In this document: positions 8,155 to 16,846 of the stretch, one piece after another | How positions within the stretch are numbered: position 1 is the stretch's first letter | Layout: every line of letters begins with the position of its first letter | Assembly (NCBI GenBank): GCA_043820925.1 | Contig: JBDRDL010000077.1 | Location: 1 to 44,825, forward strand | Length of the DNA: 44,825 nt | From: Methanobacteriota archaeon | GTDB lineage: Archaea > Hydrothermarchaeota > Hydrothermarchaeia > Hydrothermarchaeales > JACRDW01 | Reading direction: 5' to 3' | The notes under the pieces: model-generated | Seen by the model: only the letters and a program-made list of their open reading frames with translations | The model's database searches: none | What the model was told of the DNA's origin: nothing | Position numbers and translations under genes: made by a program

Positions 8155-8514
8155 TTAAGGTGTTGTCAGGACATTTGGCAATTGTTCTGCGACGAATTTC
8201 GACGTGCATCCTGCAATAAAGCATTTTTCAGCAGTCTTTTGACAGCTGCAGCTCTCTGCTAATGGAATTTTTTCAACGAGTGCTGTAAGACCATCAATTT
8301 TTGTAAACAACTCCTTCTTCTTCTCCTCTGGGGTTACTGTACAATTTGTCACTTCCATCTTCAGCTTTTTCAAGCCCTTTTCCGTCTTGATTTTTGCTGA
8401 CTCTAGACCGATGCAATTTATGCAGATATCCTCTGAGGTAGCTTTAAGAGCGTTTATTATTACTGGGTAAATCCTAAGCTGGCTTTCAAAGCCCGGCATC
8501 TCTTTATTCGACAT
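8155..8514 (-). CDS. Cys-rich helical protein, paralogue B
   Basis: FESQLRIY...CINC...EEKKKELFTKID...CSCQKTAEKC...GC; GGTGG RBS and TATA-like TTTATATA upstream. Confidence 0.8.
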   Translation of the reverse strand: MSNKEMPGFESQLRIYPVIINALKATSEDICINCIGLESAKIKTEKGLKKLKMEVTNCTVTPEEKKKELFTKIDGLTALVEKIPLAESCSCQKTAEKCFIAGCTSKFVAEQLPNVLTTP

Positions 8515-8794
8515 TCACATACCACCATCCAAAATTATATTAACAGTTCACATATATAAATTTTATGCTCATATAAAGCATGTTGTCAAGTTTTTGCCCC
8601 GAGCAGTGTGTTGTCCTTGGTGTAGGCTACAATTCAGCCAAAGAGTACCTCAATGTTCATCTGCCAATTCATCGAGAAAAGATTTCCTGTTTTCACTCTA
8701 ATAAAAATCATCCTAACTGTAGAAAGGAGAAGTGCCTCTACTACCCTAAAACAGTATAGGAAAAATATTGATTAGGGTTAATGAACTCAACAGC

Positions 8795-8874
8795 GTATAA
8801 CACAGCATATACGGCTCACTTCGTTCACCCAAATTCCGCCTTCGGCAACGTCGTATATGCTGGGAACGTTAGGC
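8795..8874 (+). mobile_element. attC-like recombination site 1 (80 bp)
   Basis: GTATAAC-A-CAGCATATACG ... CGTATATGCTG-GGAAC-GTTAGGC: R'' and R' cores plus perfect 11-bp inner inverted repeat. Confidence 0.75.
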
Positions 8875-8936
8875 GAAATCGGCTTCGGGGCGGTAAAATC
8901 CAAAAATATTTAATGTATTTAAGATAGGTAATTACT

Positions 8937-10082
8937 ATGGACCAAAAGGAAACGAGAAAAACAGTTAGAACATTTGCATTGGCTTCATTTTTAAACGATT
9001 TAGGCTCGGATATGATTTATCCTATCTGGCCATTATTTGTAACATCTGTTTTAGGTGCAAATATGGTTATTCTTGGATTCGTAGACGGATTAGGCGAAGC
9101 AATTGCTTCAATATCGCAAGCAGCCTCTGGTTACGTCTCTGACAGAATAAAAAAAAGAAAGGTTTTCGTCTGGGTAGGTTATCTTTTTGGGTCGTTATCA
9201 AGAGTTGGTTATGCCTTATCAACAGTTTGGCAGCATTTGATTCCCTTTAGGATTTTAGATAGAGCGGGGAAAATAAGGGGCGCACCCAGAGATGCTATCA
9301 TTGCTGATGTTTCCACAAAAGAGAATAGGGGTAAAAATTTCGGATTGCTTCGAGCCATGGATAATTTTGGTGCTGTATGCGGTATTATAGTTTGTATTTT
9401 ATTTTTCGGATTATTAGGATATAGAAACTTGTTTTTAATAGCAGCGATACCATCAGCAATTGGTGCGTTATTAATTTTCTCTTTGATAAAAGAAAGAAAG
9501 TCAGTAGATGTTAGAATCTACAAAGGACTTTCTCTGAAAAATTTAGATAAGAATTTTAAATTATTCCTCCTGCTGAGTTCTTTTTTTGCTTTAGGTTCTT
9601 TCAGTTACTCTTTTTTGCTGATATACGCAAAGGAATTTGGTTTTCAGGTAGCATTCGTACCAGTATTGTATCTGGTATTTACCGCTGTTGCTTCTGTTTT
9701 TTCTATACCTTTTGGAAAACTATCAGATAAAATAGGCAGAAAGTCAGTATTGATGTTATCTTATATTTTTTGGGGGTTAGTGTGTTTGAGTTTCATCTTT
9801 CTTCAAAGTTATTTGGCAATTATTTTGACATTTGTTTTATATGGTTTGCATAGAGGGGCATTGGAGCCGGTCCAGAAAACATTTGTATCAGAACTGGCAC
9901 CAATGGAATACAGAGCTAGTTGTTTGGGTGGTTTTCAGATGGTAATTGGTCTATGTGCTCTGCCAGCATCTCTAATTGCAGGGATACTCTGGGACAAGAT
10001 TAACATATTTATGCCATTCTATTTTTCGCTAAGTTTAACGATTTTATCAATTATACTACTAATATTTGTAAAGGAGAAATGA
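8937..10082 (+). CDS. MFS transporter (gene-cassette cargo)
   Basis: 381 aa, ~12 TM, GYVSDRIKKRK and GKLSDKIGRK motif-A copies; AT-rich relative to core genes. Confidence 0.92.
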   Translation: MDQKETRKTVRTFALASFLNDLGSDMIYPIWPLFVTSVLGANMVILGFVDGLGEAIASISQAASGYVSDRIKKRKVFVWVGYLFGSLSRVGYALSTVWQHLIPFRILDRAGKIRGAPRDAIIADVSTKENRGKNFGLLRAMDNFGAVCGIIVCILFFGLLGYRNLFLIAAIPSAIGALLIFSLIKERKSVDVRIYKGLSLKNLDKNFKLFLLLSSFFALGSFSYSFLLIYAKEFGFQVAFVPVLYLVFTAVASVFSIPFGKLSDKIGRKSVLMLSYIFWGLVCLSFIFLQSYLAIILTFVLYGLHRGALEPVQKTFVSELAPMEYRASCLGGFQMVIGLCALPASLIAGILWDKINIFMPFYFSLSLTILSIILLIFVKEK

Positions 10083-10154
10083 ATTGGTTAAAAAGTAATG
10101 CGCCCTGAAGCCAACTCTCTGCTCACTATCGTTCGCTTCGGTGCTAACGCACTC

Positions 10155-10234
10155 GTTTAACAGCGGATAAAAGGGAAATCAAAGATTTCCCCAAATTTGC
10201 TACGCAAACTTCTTTTATCCGCAATACGTTACAT
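10155..10234 (+). mobile_element. attC-like recombination site 2 (80 bp)
   Basis: GTTTAAC-A-GCGGATAAAAG ... CTTTTATCCGC-AATAC-GTTACAT; same geometry and length as site 1; internal hairpins GGGAAATC/GATTTCCC and TTTGC/GCAAA. Confidence 0.75.
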
Positions 10235-10305
10235 CCAATTCAGGCGCTCTCTCGCATTGAGTATACCAAATAAAAAAAAGTATTTACCCTTTCGCCCTTC
10301 TCTCT

Positions 10306-10419
10306 TTAATCCCCTCTGAAAACTCTGATTAGTTGGAGGAATCTTACGGCATTTTCTACTCCCAGCTCTTTATAGAGTGCCATTACCCCTTTTTGTATGA
10401 GTTTTTCTTCGGCTTCCAT
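10306..10419 (-). pseudogene. Truncated antitoxin-like partner gene
   Basis: MEAEEKLIQKGVMALYKELGVENAVRFLQLIRVFRGD-stop; aligns with the N-terminal part of 5179-5385. Confidence 0.65.
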
Positions 10420-10764
10420 TCATTTCATCTCCAGCGGATTTAGAATTTTTATTTTGTAGCCCAATTTCTGCAGTACGTTTTCAATCTTTTTTCCCTTGTT
10501 TATTAATTCATCGTCGGCGGTTAGAAAAACCTCGCATTTATTTATGGCAGCGCACGCAATATGCAAGGAATCTTCTCTGCTGAGCATGCTTGTCAAAATC
10601 TTCTATATCGCTAATCTGCAGTCCGGTTAATTCGGAACAACAAATTTGTATGTCGGACAAAATAATTCTTAAGATTGCTTCTAATTCATTTTTAATTCTA
10701 GTTTGGGTTTGGTCGTCAAATGGTCGCTGAATATACAAGTATCAAAGTATATCTTATCTAACAT
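10420..10764 (-). pseudogene. Decayed PIN-domain toxin (two frame breaks, internal deletion)
   Basis: MLDKIYFDTCI / QRPFDDQTQTRI...DIED / DSLHIACAAINKCEVFLTADDEL...ILNPLE in successive different frames. Confidence 0.8.
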
Positions 10765-10786
10765 TTTATCGTTCGTCCTGTAACAA

Positions 10787-11689
10787 TCAGTGCTTCACCT
10801 CACACACCTTACCCTCTGACTCGAGTTGAAGTGTCGTATGCGTTATGTCCAAGCCCTTCATCCTATCATTAACCTGCCCGGAAATCCTGTCCACCTCGCT
10901 TATCTCGCATTCCTCCACAACAACATGGGCACTCGCCGCAGTTATGTGGGAGCATATGCTCCAAACGTGCAGGTCGTGCACATCTATAACGCCTTTCACG
11001 CCGGAAATTGTCTTTACAACCTCGTCTAAGTTTATGTGCATCGGCGTACCCTCGAGCAGAATATGCAAGGAGTCTCGGACTAGCCTCAGCGAGCCCGCAA
11101 GTATAACAAGCGCTATGAAAATGCTTATCGCAGCATCTATGAAGTAATAGCCGGTGAGCATTATGAGCACAGCCCCGAGGATAACTCCAACCGAGGAAAC
11201 TGCATCCCCGGTGGCATGTAGAAGGGCGCTCTTCACGTTCAAATCTTTCCGGGCATGCTCCCTGAGCCTGAAAACTACCCATAAATTTGCAAGCAAGCCC
11301 ACCATAGCTATCCCGAGCATCTGAGTGGTTTTGACCTGCTGGGGCGAGAGAATCCTTCCGTAAGCCTCTCTGAAAATAAGCAACACAACGAAAAGCAGCA
11401 CAACGCCATTTATCAGTGCAGCAAATACTTCAGTTCTGTGGTAGCCGAAAGTTCTTGCTGCGCTGGGCGGTCTTGCTGCAAGGCGCAGGGCAGCCCAGCT
11501 AAGAGCGAGGGCGAAGGCATCTGAAAAAACATGCCCGGCGTCGCTGAGGAGTGCAAGGCTGTTGGAAATCACGCCGCCGATTAATTCTATTATGAATATG
11601 GAAGAGGTTAAGACTAATGCATATCTCAAATCCTTCTCGCTTTTGTAGGTTTCTCTTTCGGCGTGTTCGTGAACTCCCATTTCCCTCAA
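10787..11689 (-). CDS. Cation diffusion facilitator (CzcD/ZitB-like Zn/Co/Cd efflux)
   Basis: [48 protein letters not shown]. Confidence 0.93.
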   Translation of the reverse strand: MREMGVHEHAERETYKSEKDLRYALVLTSSIFIIELIGGVISNSLALLSDAGHVFSDAFALALSWAALRLAARPPSAARTFGYHRTEVFAALINGVVLLFVVLLIFREAYGRILSPQQVKTTQMLGIAMVGLLANLWVVFRLREHARKDLNVKSALLHATGDAVSSVGVILGAVLIMLTGYYFIDAAISIFIALVILAGSLRLVRDSLHILLEGTPMHINLDEVVKTISGVKGVIDVHDLHVWSICSHITAASAHVVVEECEISEVDRISGQVNDRMKGLDITHTTLQLESEGKVCEVKH

Positions 11690-12486
11690 ATCCTGATATT
11701 GATTCCCTTTTTCTTCAGGTATTTTTTGATATCTCCGACCGTATATTCCTTGTAGTGAAATATCGACGCAGCCAGCGCTGCATCTGCCTTGCCCGAGACA
11801 AGAGCCTCATATATGTGCTCGAGTTTTCCTGCGCCGCCGCTGGCTATCACAGGTATGTTCGTTTCTTCTGCAACTTTTTTTGTCAGAGGAATATCGAAGC
11901 CCATTTTTGTGCCGTCGTAGTCCATGCTCGTGAGCAGAATTTCTCCTGCTCCCAGCTCCTCGACCCTCTTTGCCCAAGCTATTGCGTCTATGCCCGTAGG
12001 TTTTCTACCGCCGTATATATAAACCTCGAACCAGCATTTACCTTCCCCCGTATCAACAAGGATTTTGTCATCTCGCTCCTCGTAGATGCGCTTCGCATCT
12101 ATCGCAGAAACGATGCACTGCGAGCCGAATTTTCTTGCGCCTTCTTTTATTATTCCTGGATTTTTTGCAGCTGCAGTATTTATTGCAACTTTGTCTGCAC
12201 CTGCCTTTAGAGTATTCCGCACGTCTTCCACACCGCTTATGCCGCCTCCTACTGTCAGAGGAATAAAAACTTGCTCTGCAGTTTTTTCCACAACACCCAG
12301 CATAGTTTTTCTTCCTTCCGGCGAGGCGCTTATGTCCAAATAAACGAGCTCGTCAGCGCCCTGCTCGTCGTACATCTTCGCAAGCTTCGCAGGATTGCCC
12401 GCATCTCTTAAGTTTTTAAAATGTATTCCCTTCACCACCCGACCATCCTTAACGTCCAGACAGGGAATGATTCTTTTGGTTAGCAT
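11686..12486 (-). CDS. hisF: Imidazole glycerol phosphate synthase cyclase subunit
   Basis: [49 protein letters not shown]. Confidence 0.98.
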   Translation of the reverse strand: MLTKRIIPCLDVKDGRVVKGIHFKNLRDAGNPAKLAKMYDEQGADELVYLDISASPEGRKTMLGVVEKTAEQVFIPLTVGGGISGVEDVRNTLKAGADKVAINTAAAKNPGIIKEGARKFGSQCIVSAIDAKRIYEERDDKILVDTGEGKCWFEVYIYGGRKPTGIDAIAWAKRVEELGAGEILLTSMDYDGTKMGFDIPLTKKVAEETNIPVIASGGAGKLEHIYEALVSGKADAALAASIFHYKEYTVGDIKKYLKKKGINIRI

Positions 12487-12492
12487 AGTACA

Positions 12493-12538
12493 CAGACGTA
12501 GGGGTCAAACGTGCTGGATTCAATGACCCCTACGTCAA
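12493..12538. repeat. Stem-loop repeat element, copy 2
   Basis: Perfect 13-bp inverted repeat GACGTAGGGGTCA (12495-12507) / TGACCCCTACGTC (12524-12536), 16-nt loop. Confidence 0.9.
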
Positions 12539-12619
12539 CCTCTATACTTGGTATAACTTCTTAGTATAAATAAAGCAAACTCTTATATTTTTATTTGCTT
12601 ATTGAAAAATGGTGATAGA

Positions 12620-12853
12620 ATGTTTGAGGTAAGGATTTCATATAAGCCAGGAGTTCAGGACGCTGAAGGAGAATCCACGCTGCAGGGGCTGAAGATACTC
12701 GGATTCAAAAAAGTCAGGGGAGTGCGGACTTCGAAAGTTTATCGAATTGAGGGAGATTACTCAAAAAAAGACATCGAAGAAATGTGCCGCCGTCTGCTGG
12801 CGAATCCTGTGAGCCAGGATTATGAGATTGTTGAAGTAAGGGAGCGCAAATGA
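12620..12853 (+). CDS. purS: Phosphoribosylformylglycinamidine synthase subunit PurS
   Basis: KPGVQDAEG, MCRRLLANPV; start at ATG 12620 after GGTGA. Confidence 0.93.
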   Translation: MFEVRISYKPGVQDAEGESTLQGLKILGFKKVRGVRTSKVYRIEGDYSKKDIEEMCRRLLANPVSQDYEIVEVRERK

Positions 12854-15168
12854 TAAATATTCTGGGCGCAAGCGACAGAGAGCTATTAAACCTTAGCAAA
12901 AATAGGCAGCTTTCTCTAAATCTCGAGGAGATGCGAGTTATTAAAGAGCACTTCACAAAGTTGGGCAGGAACCCCGCAGACGTCGAACTCGAGACGCTTG
13001 CCCAGACCTGGAGCGAGCACTGCGCTCACAAAACGTTTAGGGGGACGATTTTGACTGAAGAAGGAAGAATCGATAACCTGCTAAGGAGCACCATAGCGAG
13101 GGTGACAAAAGAATTATCGCTGCCCTGGTGCTTTTCTGTTTTCGAAGACAATGCAGGAATTGTGGATTTTGAGGGAGATATTGCAGTTGCCTTTAAAGTG
13201 GAAACGCACAATCATCCCTCTGCCTTAGAGCCCTTCGGAGGTGCAGCAACCGGAGTTGGAGGAGTGATAAGAGACATTCTTGGCGTCTGGGGAGAACCCA
13301 TTGCGAATACAAACGTGCTCTGCTTCGGCAGCTTGGATTTTCCATACGAGGAGCTGCCAAAAGGAGTTAAGCATCCTCGCTTTATCTATTCTTATGTCGT
13401 CGCTGGCATAGGGAGCTACGGGAACAACATGGGCATACCAACAGTTAATGGAGCGATATTCTTTGATAATAACTACATAGGCAATCCAGTCGTTTACTGC
13501 GGAACCGTAGGTTTGGTTCCAAAAAGCAAATACGTTAGAAACGCAAACGCCGGGGATGTTATACTGCTCGTAGGGGGGAAAACAGGCAGGGACGGAATTC
13601 ATGGTGTTACTTTCGCATCCGCAGTGCTTGAGAAAGAAAGCGAGGAGATTTTCGGAACAGCGGTGCAGATTGGCGACCCTATACAGGAGGAGAAAATCAA
13701 GCGGGCAATATTGCAGGTTCGTGATAAAAAACTCGGCTCTGCAATTACTGATTTGGGTGGAGGCGGTTTATCTTCTGCGGTGGGTGAGATGGCGCACAGA
13801 TTCAATCTCGGGGCGAGAGTTTACCTTGAAAAAGTGCCTCTGAAATATCCAAAAATGCTTCCCTGGGAAATATGGACTTCAGAATCACAGGAGCGCATGC
13901 TGCTTGCGATACCAAGAGAAAATCTTAATAAAGCGATTGAAATTTTCAAGGACGAGGACGTTGAAGCTACATCAATCGGAGAATTTACCGGCGACGGGCG
14001 GCTGGTAATAAAATACAAAGCGCAGGTTGTGGGAGAGCTGAGCGTTCCTTTCATGTTCGATGCATGTCCTAAAATTCAGAGAAAGGCGAGATGGGCTGGA
14101 AAAAAGTATCCAGAGCCAAAATTTTACATACCCGGGAACTTAACTTCAGAGCTGCTGAAAATTTTATCCTCGCCAAATGTTGCGAGCAAGGAGAGCGTGA
14201 TTCGAACCTATGACCATGAAGTAAAGGCAATGACTGTGCTGAAGCCGTTGCAGGGGATTTACAGCGGTCCTGGAGATGCGGCTGTGATGAAGCCTCTCTA
14301 CAATTCCTGGAAGGGAATCACAATTTCAAACGGCATTAATCCAGAGTACGGAAAAATCGACCCTTACCGGATGGCGGCTTCTGCAATAGATGAAGCGATA
14401 AGAAACAACATCGCAGTGGGCGGCAGGAGAATCGCCCTGCTGGACAACTTCGTCTGGGGAAATCCTGAAAAGCCTGATAGATTGGGCAGCCTGGTTAGAG
14501 CTGCGCAGGCTTGCTATGACACTGCAAAAGCCTTTGGTACTCCTTTCATCTCGGGCAAGGACAGCCTTTACAACGAGTCAGTTCTAGGACCGGTTACGCC
14601 GACGCTTCTTATTTCCGCCCTGGGCATTATTCCGGACGTAAGAAAAGCAGTTTCGATGGACTTAAAAAAAGCAGGCAGTTTAATTTACCTAATCGGAGAA
14701 ACTCGCAATGAATTGGGCGGTTCTCATTATTACAAAATTCATGGTTATGTTGGAAATTCTGTGCCCAGGGTTGATGCGGAAAAAGCGAAGAAGAACATGA
14801 ATGTTCTCACGAGAGCGATTGATTTGCGATTGGTAAAATCCTGCCACGACTTGTCAGAAGGCGGGCTTGCTGTCGCAAGTGCTGAAATGGCATTTGCCGG
14901 CGATGTCGGCATGGAAATGCAGCTAAACAAAGTTCCAGTCGGCCAGAAAATGCGAGAGGATGCAGTGCTATTTTCCGAGTCGAACAGCAGGTTCCTGGCA
15001 GAGGTTTCGAAGAAAGATAGAGAAAAATTCGAGGGGGCTATGAAAAGCGGCTTTGCCCAGGTCGGCGTAACAACAAAAGAGAAGGAGCTGAAAATTTTTG
15101 GTTCAAAATTGCTAATTTCATGCGAACTCGACGCCATAAGAGAAGCATGGCAGAGGACGTTGAGATAA
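12850..15168 (+). CDS. purL: Phosphoribosylformylglycinamidine synthase subunit PurL
   Basis: WSEHCAHK, KVETHNHPSA, DLGGGG, SESQERM, SGKDSLYN. Confidence 0.98.
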   Translation: MINILGASDRELLNLSKNRQLSLNLEEMRVIKEHFTKLGRNPADVELETLAQTWSEHCAHKTFRGTILTEEGRIDNLLRSTIARVTKELSLPWCFSVFEDNAGIVDFEGDIAVAFKVETHNHPSALEPFGGAATGVGGVIRDILGVWGEPIANTNVLCFGSLDFPYEELPKGVKHPRFIYSYVVAGIGSYGNNMGIPTVNGAIFFDNNYIGNPVVYCGTVGLVPKSKYVRNANAGDVILLVGGKTGRDGIHGVTFASAVLEKESEEIFGTAVQIGDPIQEEKIKRAILQVRDKKLGSAITDLGGGGLSSAVGEMAHRFNLGARVYLEKVPLKYPKMLPWEIWTSESQERMLLAIPRENLNKAIEIFKDEDVEATSIGEFTGDGRLVIKYKAQVVGELSVPFMFDACPKIQRKARWAGKKYPEPKFYIPGNLTSELLKILSSPNVASKESVIRTYDHEVKAMTVLKPLQGIYSGPGDAAVMKPLYNSWKGITISNGINPEYGKIDPYRMAASAIDEAIRNNIAVGGRRIALLDNFVWGNPEKPDRLGSLVRAAQACYDTAKAFGTPFISGKDSLYNESVLGPVTPTLLISALGIIPDVRKAVSMDLKKAGSLIYLIGETRNELGGSHYYKIHGYVGNSVPRVDAEKAKKNMNVLTRAIDLRLVKSCHDLSEGGLAVASAEMAFAGDVGMEMQLNKVPVGQKMREDAVLFSESNSRFLAEVSKKDREKFEGAMKSGFAQVGVTTKEKELKIFGSKLLISCELDAIREAWQRTLR

Positions 15169-15959
15169 TGAAAATCTGCATATTGCGAGCAGCTGGAACA
15201 AATTGCGATTTAGAGACAAAATATGCGCTGGAACATTTTAAATGCCTGGCTGAGGTTGTGCATATAAATCAATTTATAAAGGGGAAAAAAAATCTTCTAT
15301 CTTACGATGGGCTGGTTATTCCGGGCGGCTTTTCCTTTGGGGACCACATACGTTCTGGAGCGATTCTGGGAAAAATCGTCTGCGAAAAATTTGGAGAGCT
15401 AAAGAAGTTCGTCGAGGAAGAAAAGCCTGTCTTGGGAATATGCAACGGCTTTCAAGTGCTCGTCGAGTCTGGCTTGCTGCCCGGGTTTGAGGGAATAAGC
15501 AGGCAGCCAGAGACTGCTCTCACAAAGAATACGTCCTCAAAGTATGAGGATAGATGGGTTTATTTGAGAAGCACGAATAAGGGCAGCTGCATCTTTACAA
15601 AGGGAATTAAAAAAATGTTGAAAATGCCTGTTGCGCACAGTGAAGGAAAATTTATCCTGCCGCCGAAGAAGGAGAAGGAGTATCTAAAAAAACTGAGGAA
15701 AAACGACCAGATTGTATTTTGCTATGCAAGGCAGAATGGAGAACTTGCAGATGGTAGCTATCCGGAAAATCCCAACGGCTCTATCAGCGACATCGCAGGA
15801 ATATGCAATCCAGGCGGAACGATTTTCGGATTGATGCCCCACCCGGAGAGAGCCTTCCACAGAATAACCTATCCTGACTGGACCAGAAACGATTTAAAGG
15901 GAGAAGGCGACGGCTACCTGATTTTCAAAAACATGGTCGATTATATTAGGGAGAGATAA
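15168..15959 (+). CDS. purQ: Phosphoribosylformylglycinamidine synthase subunit PurQ
   Basis: Start overlaps purL stop (TAATG); GTNCD, PGGFSFGD, GICNGFQ, GLMPHPER. Confidence 0.97.
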   Translation: MKICILRAAGTNCDLETKYALEHFKCLAEVVHINQFIKGKKNLLSYDGLVIPGGFSFGDHIRSGAILGKIVCEKFGELKKFVEEEKPVLGICNGFQVLVESGLLPGFEGISRQPETALTKNTSSKYEDRWVYLRSTNKGSCIFTKGIKKMLKMPVAHSEGKFILPPKKEKEYLKKLRKNDQIVFCYARQNGELADGSYPENPNGSISDIAGICNPGGTIFGLMPHPERAFHRITYPDWTRNDLKGEGDGYLIFKNMVDYIRER

Positions 15960-16636
15960 TGAATCTGAACGACTTGACATGGATAGAAGTTAAAGAGTAT
16001 CTCAAGAAAAGGAGAGATGTACTGGTACCATTTGGTTCGGTCGAGGAGCACGGGCATCACCTTCCATTATCCACAGATGGAGATATCGCACTTGCGATTG
16101 CTGATAAGCTCGGCGAGAAAACAGGAATATTGGCAGCTCCAATAATATGGTACGGCGTCTCGAATACGACCAGAGGATATGCAGGAACAACCATGGTGAG
16201 CTTCGATTCGCTTAGAGCATATTCTAAAGACGTAATGCTGAATCTAAAAGAAAGCGGCTTCAGAATTATCTATCTGCTTTCCGGGCACATGAGCAGGTCT
16301 CACCTCGAAGCGATTAAAGAAGCTGCAAAAGCAACTGATTTAGAAACTTACCTGCTGGATTTTTCGCAAATCAAAACTGACGACATTCTGGAAACCAAAC
16401 CAATACACGCCTGCGAGGCAGAGACCTCGCTGATGCTTTATCTGCACCCAGAGAAAGTGAACATGCGCAAAGCCGTGGACGAAAAAATAGAGTTCGAGAA
16501 ATTCTCGGTCAAGGGAAGCTTGAAAAAAACCAAGAGCGGCGTCTTCGGCTCGCCCACGAAGGCGACGAGGGAAAAAGGAAAGAAGCTCTTTGGGAGAATT
16601 GTAAAAGAGCTGGCAGAGTTTATAAATTTAAATTAA
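15959..16636 (+). CDS. Creatininase/ArfB-like amidohydrolase
   Basis: PFGSVEEHGHHLPLSTD, HACEAETS, GVFGSPTKAT.EKG. Confidence 0.88.
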   Translation: MNLNDLTWIEVKEYLKKRRDVLVPFGSVEEHGHHLPLSTDGDIALAIADKLGEKTGILAAPIIWYGVSNTTRGYAGTTMVSFDSLRAYSKDVMLNLKESGFRIIYLLSGHMSRSHLEAIKEAAKATDLETYLLDFSQIKTDDILETKPIHACEAETSLMLYLHPEKVNMRKAVDEKIEFEKFSVKGSLKKTKSGVFGSPTKATREKGKKLFGRIVKELAEFINLN

Positions 16637-16846
16637 AATAAGGAAAAAAAGACGATTATACTTTTAATTGACTTCATAAAGTTTTTATATACTTAGACTA
16701 GATTTAAAAATGTCCATGAATAAATTTCCAAAGTACAGTTTAGAAAATTTAATAGACGAAAAAAGACCTTTGAGTTAAAAGAAGAATTTGAAGAATATAT
16801 TAAGGAGAATATCACGAATCTGCTTAAGAATGATATTCTCATAAAA

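Noticed and set aside
16759..16765. Programmed -1 frameshift at A-AAA-AAG
   Set aside because: The heptamer is phased to the downstream frame, not the frame of ATG 16710, so canonical tandem slippage does not join the two ORFs.
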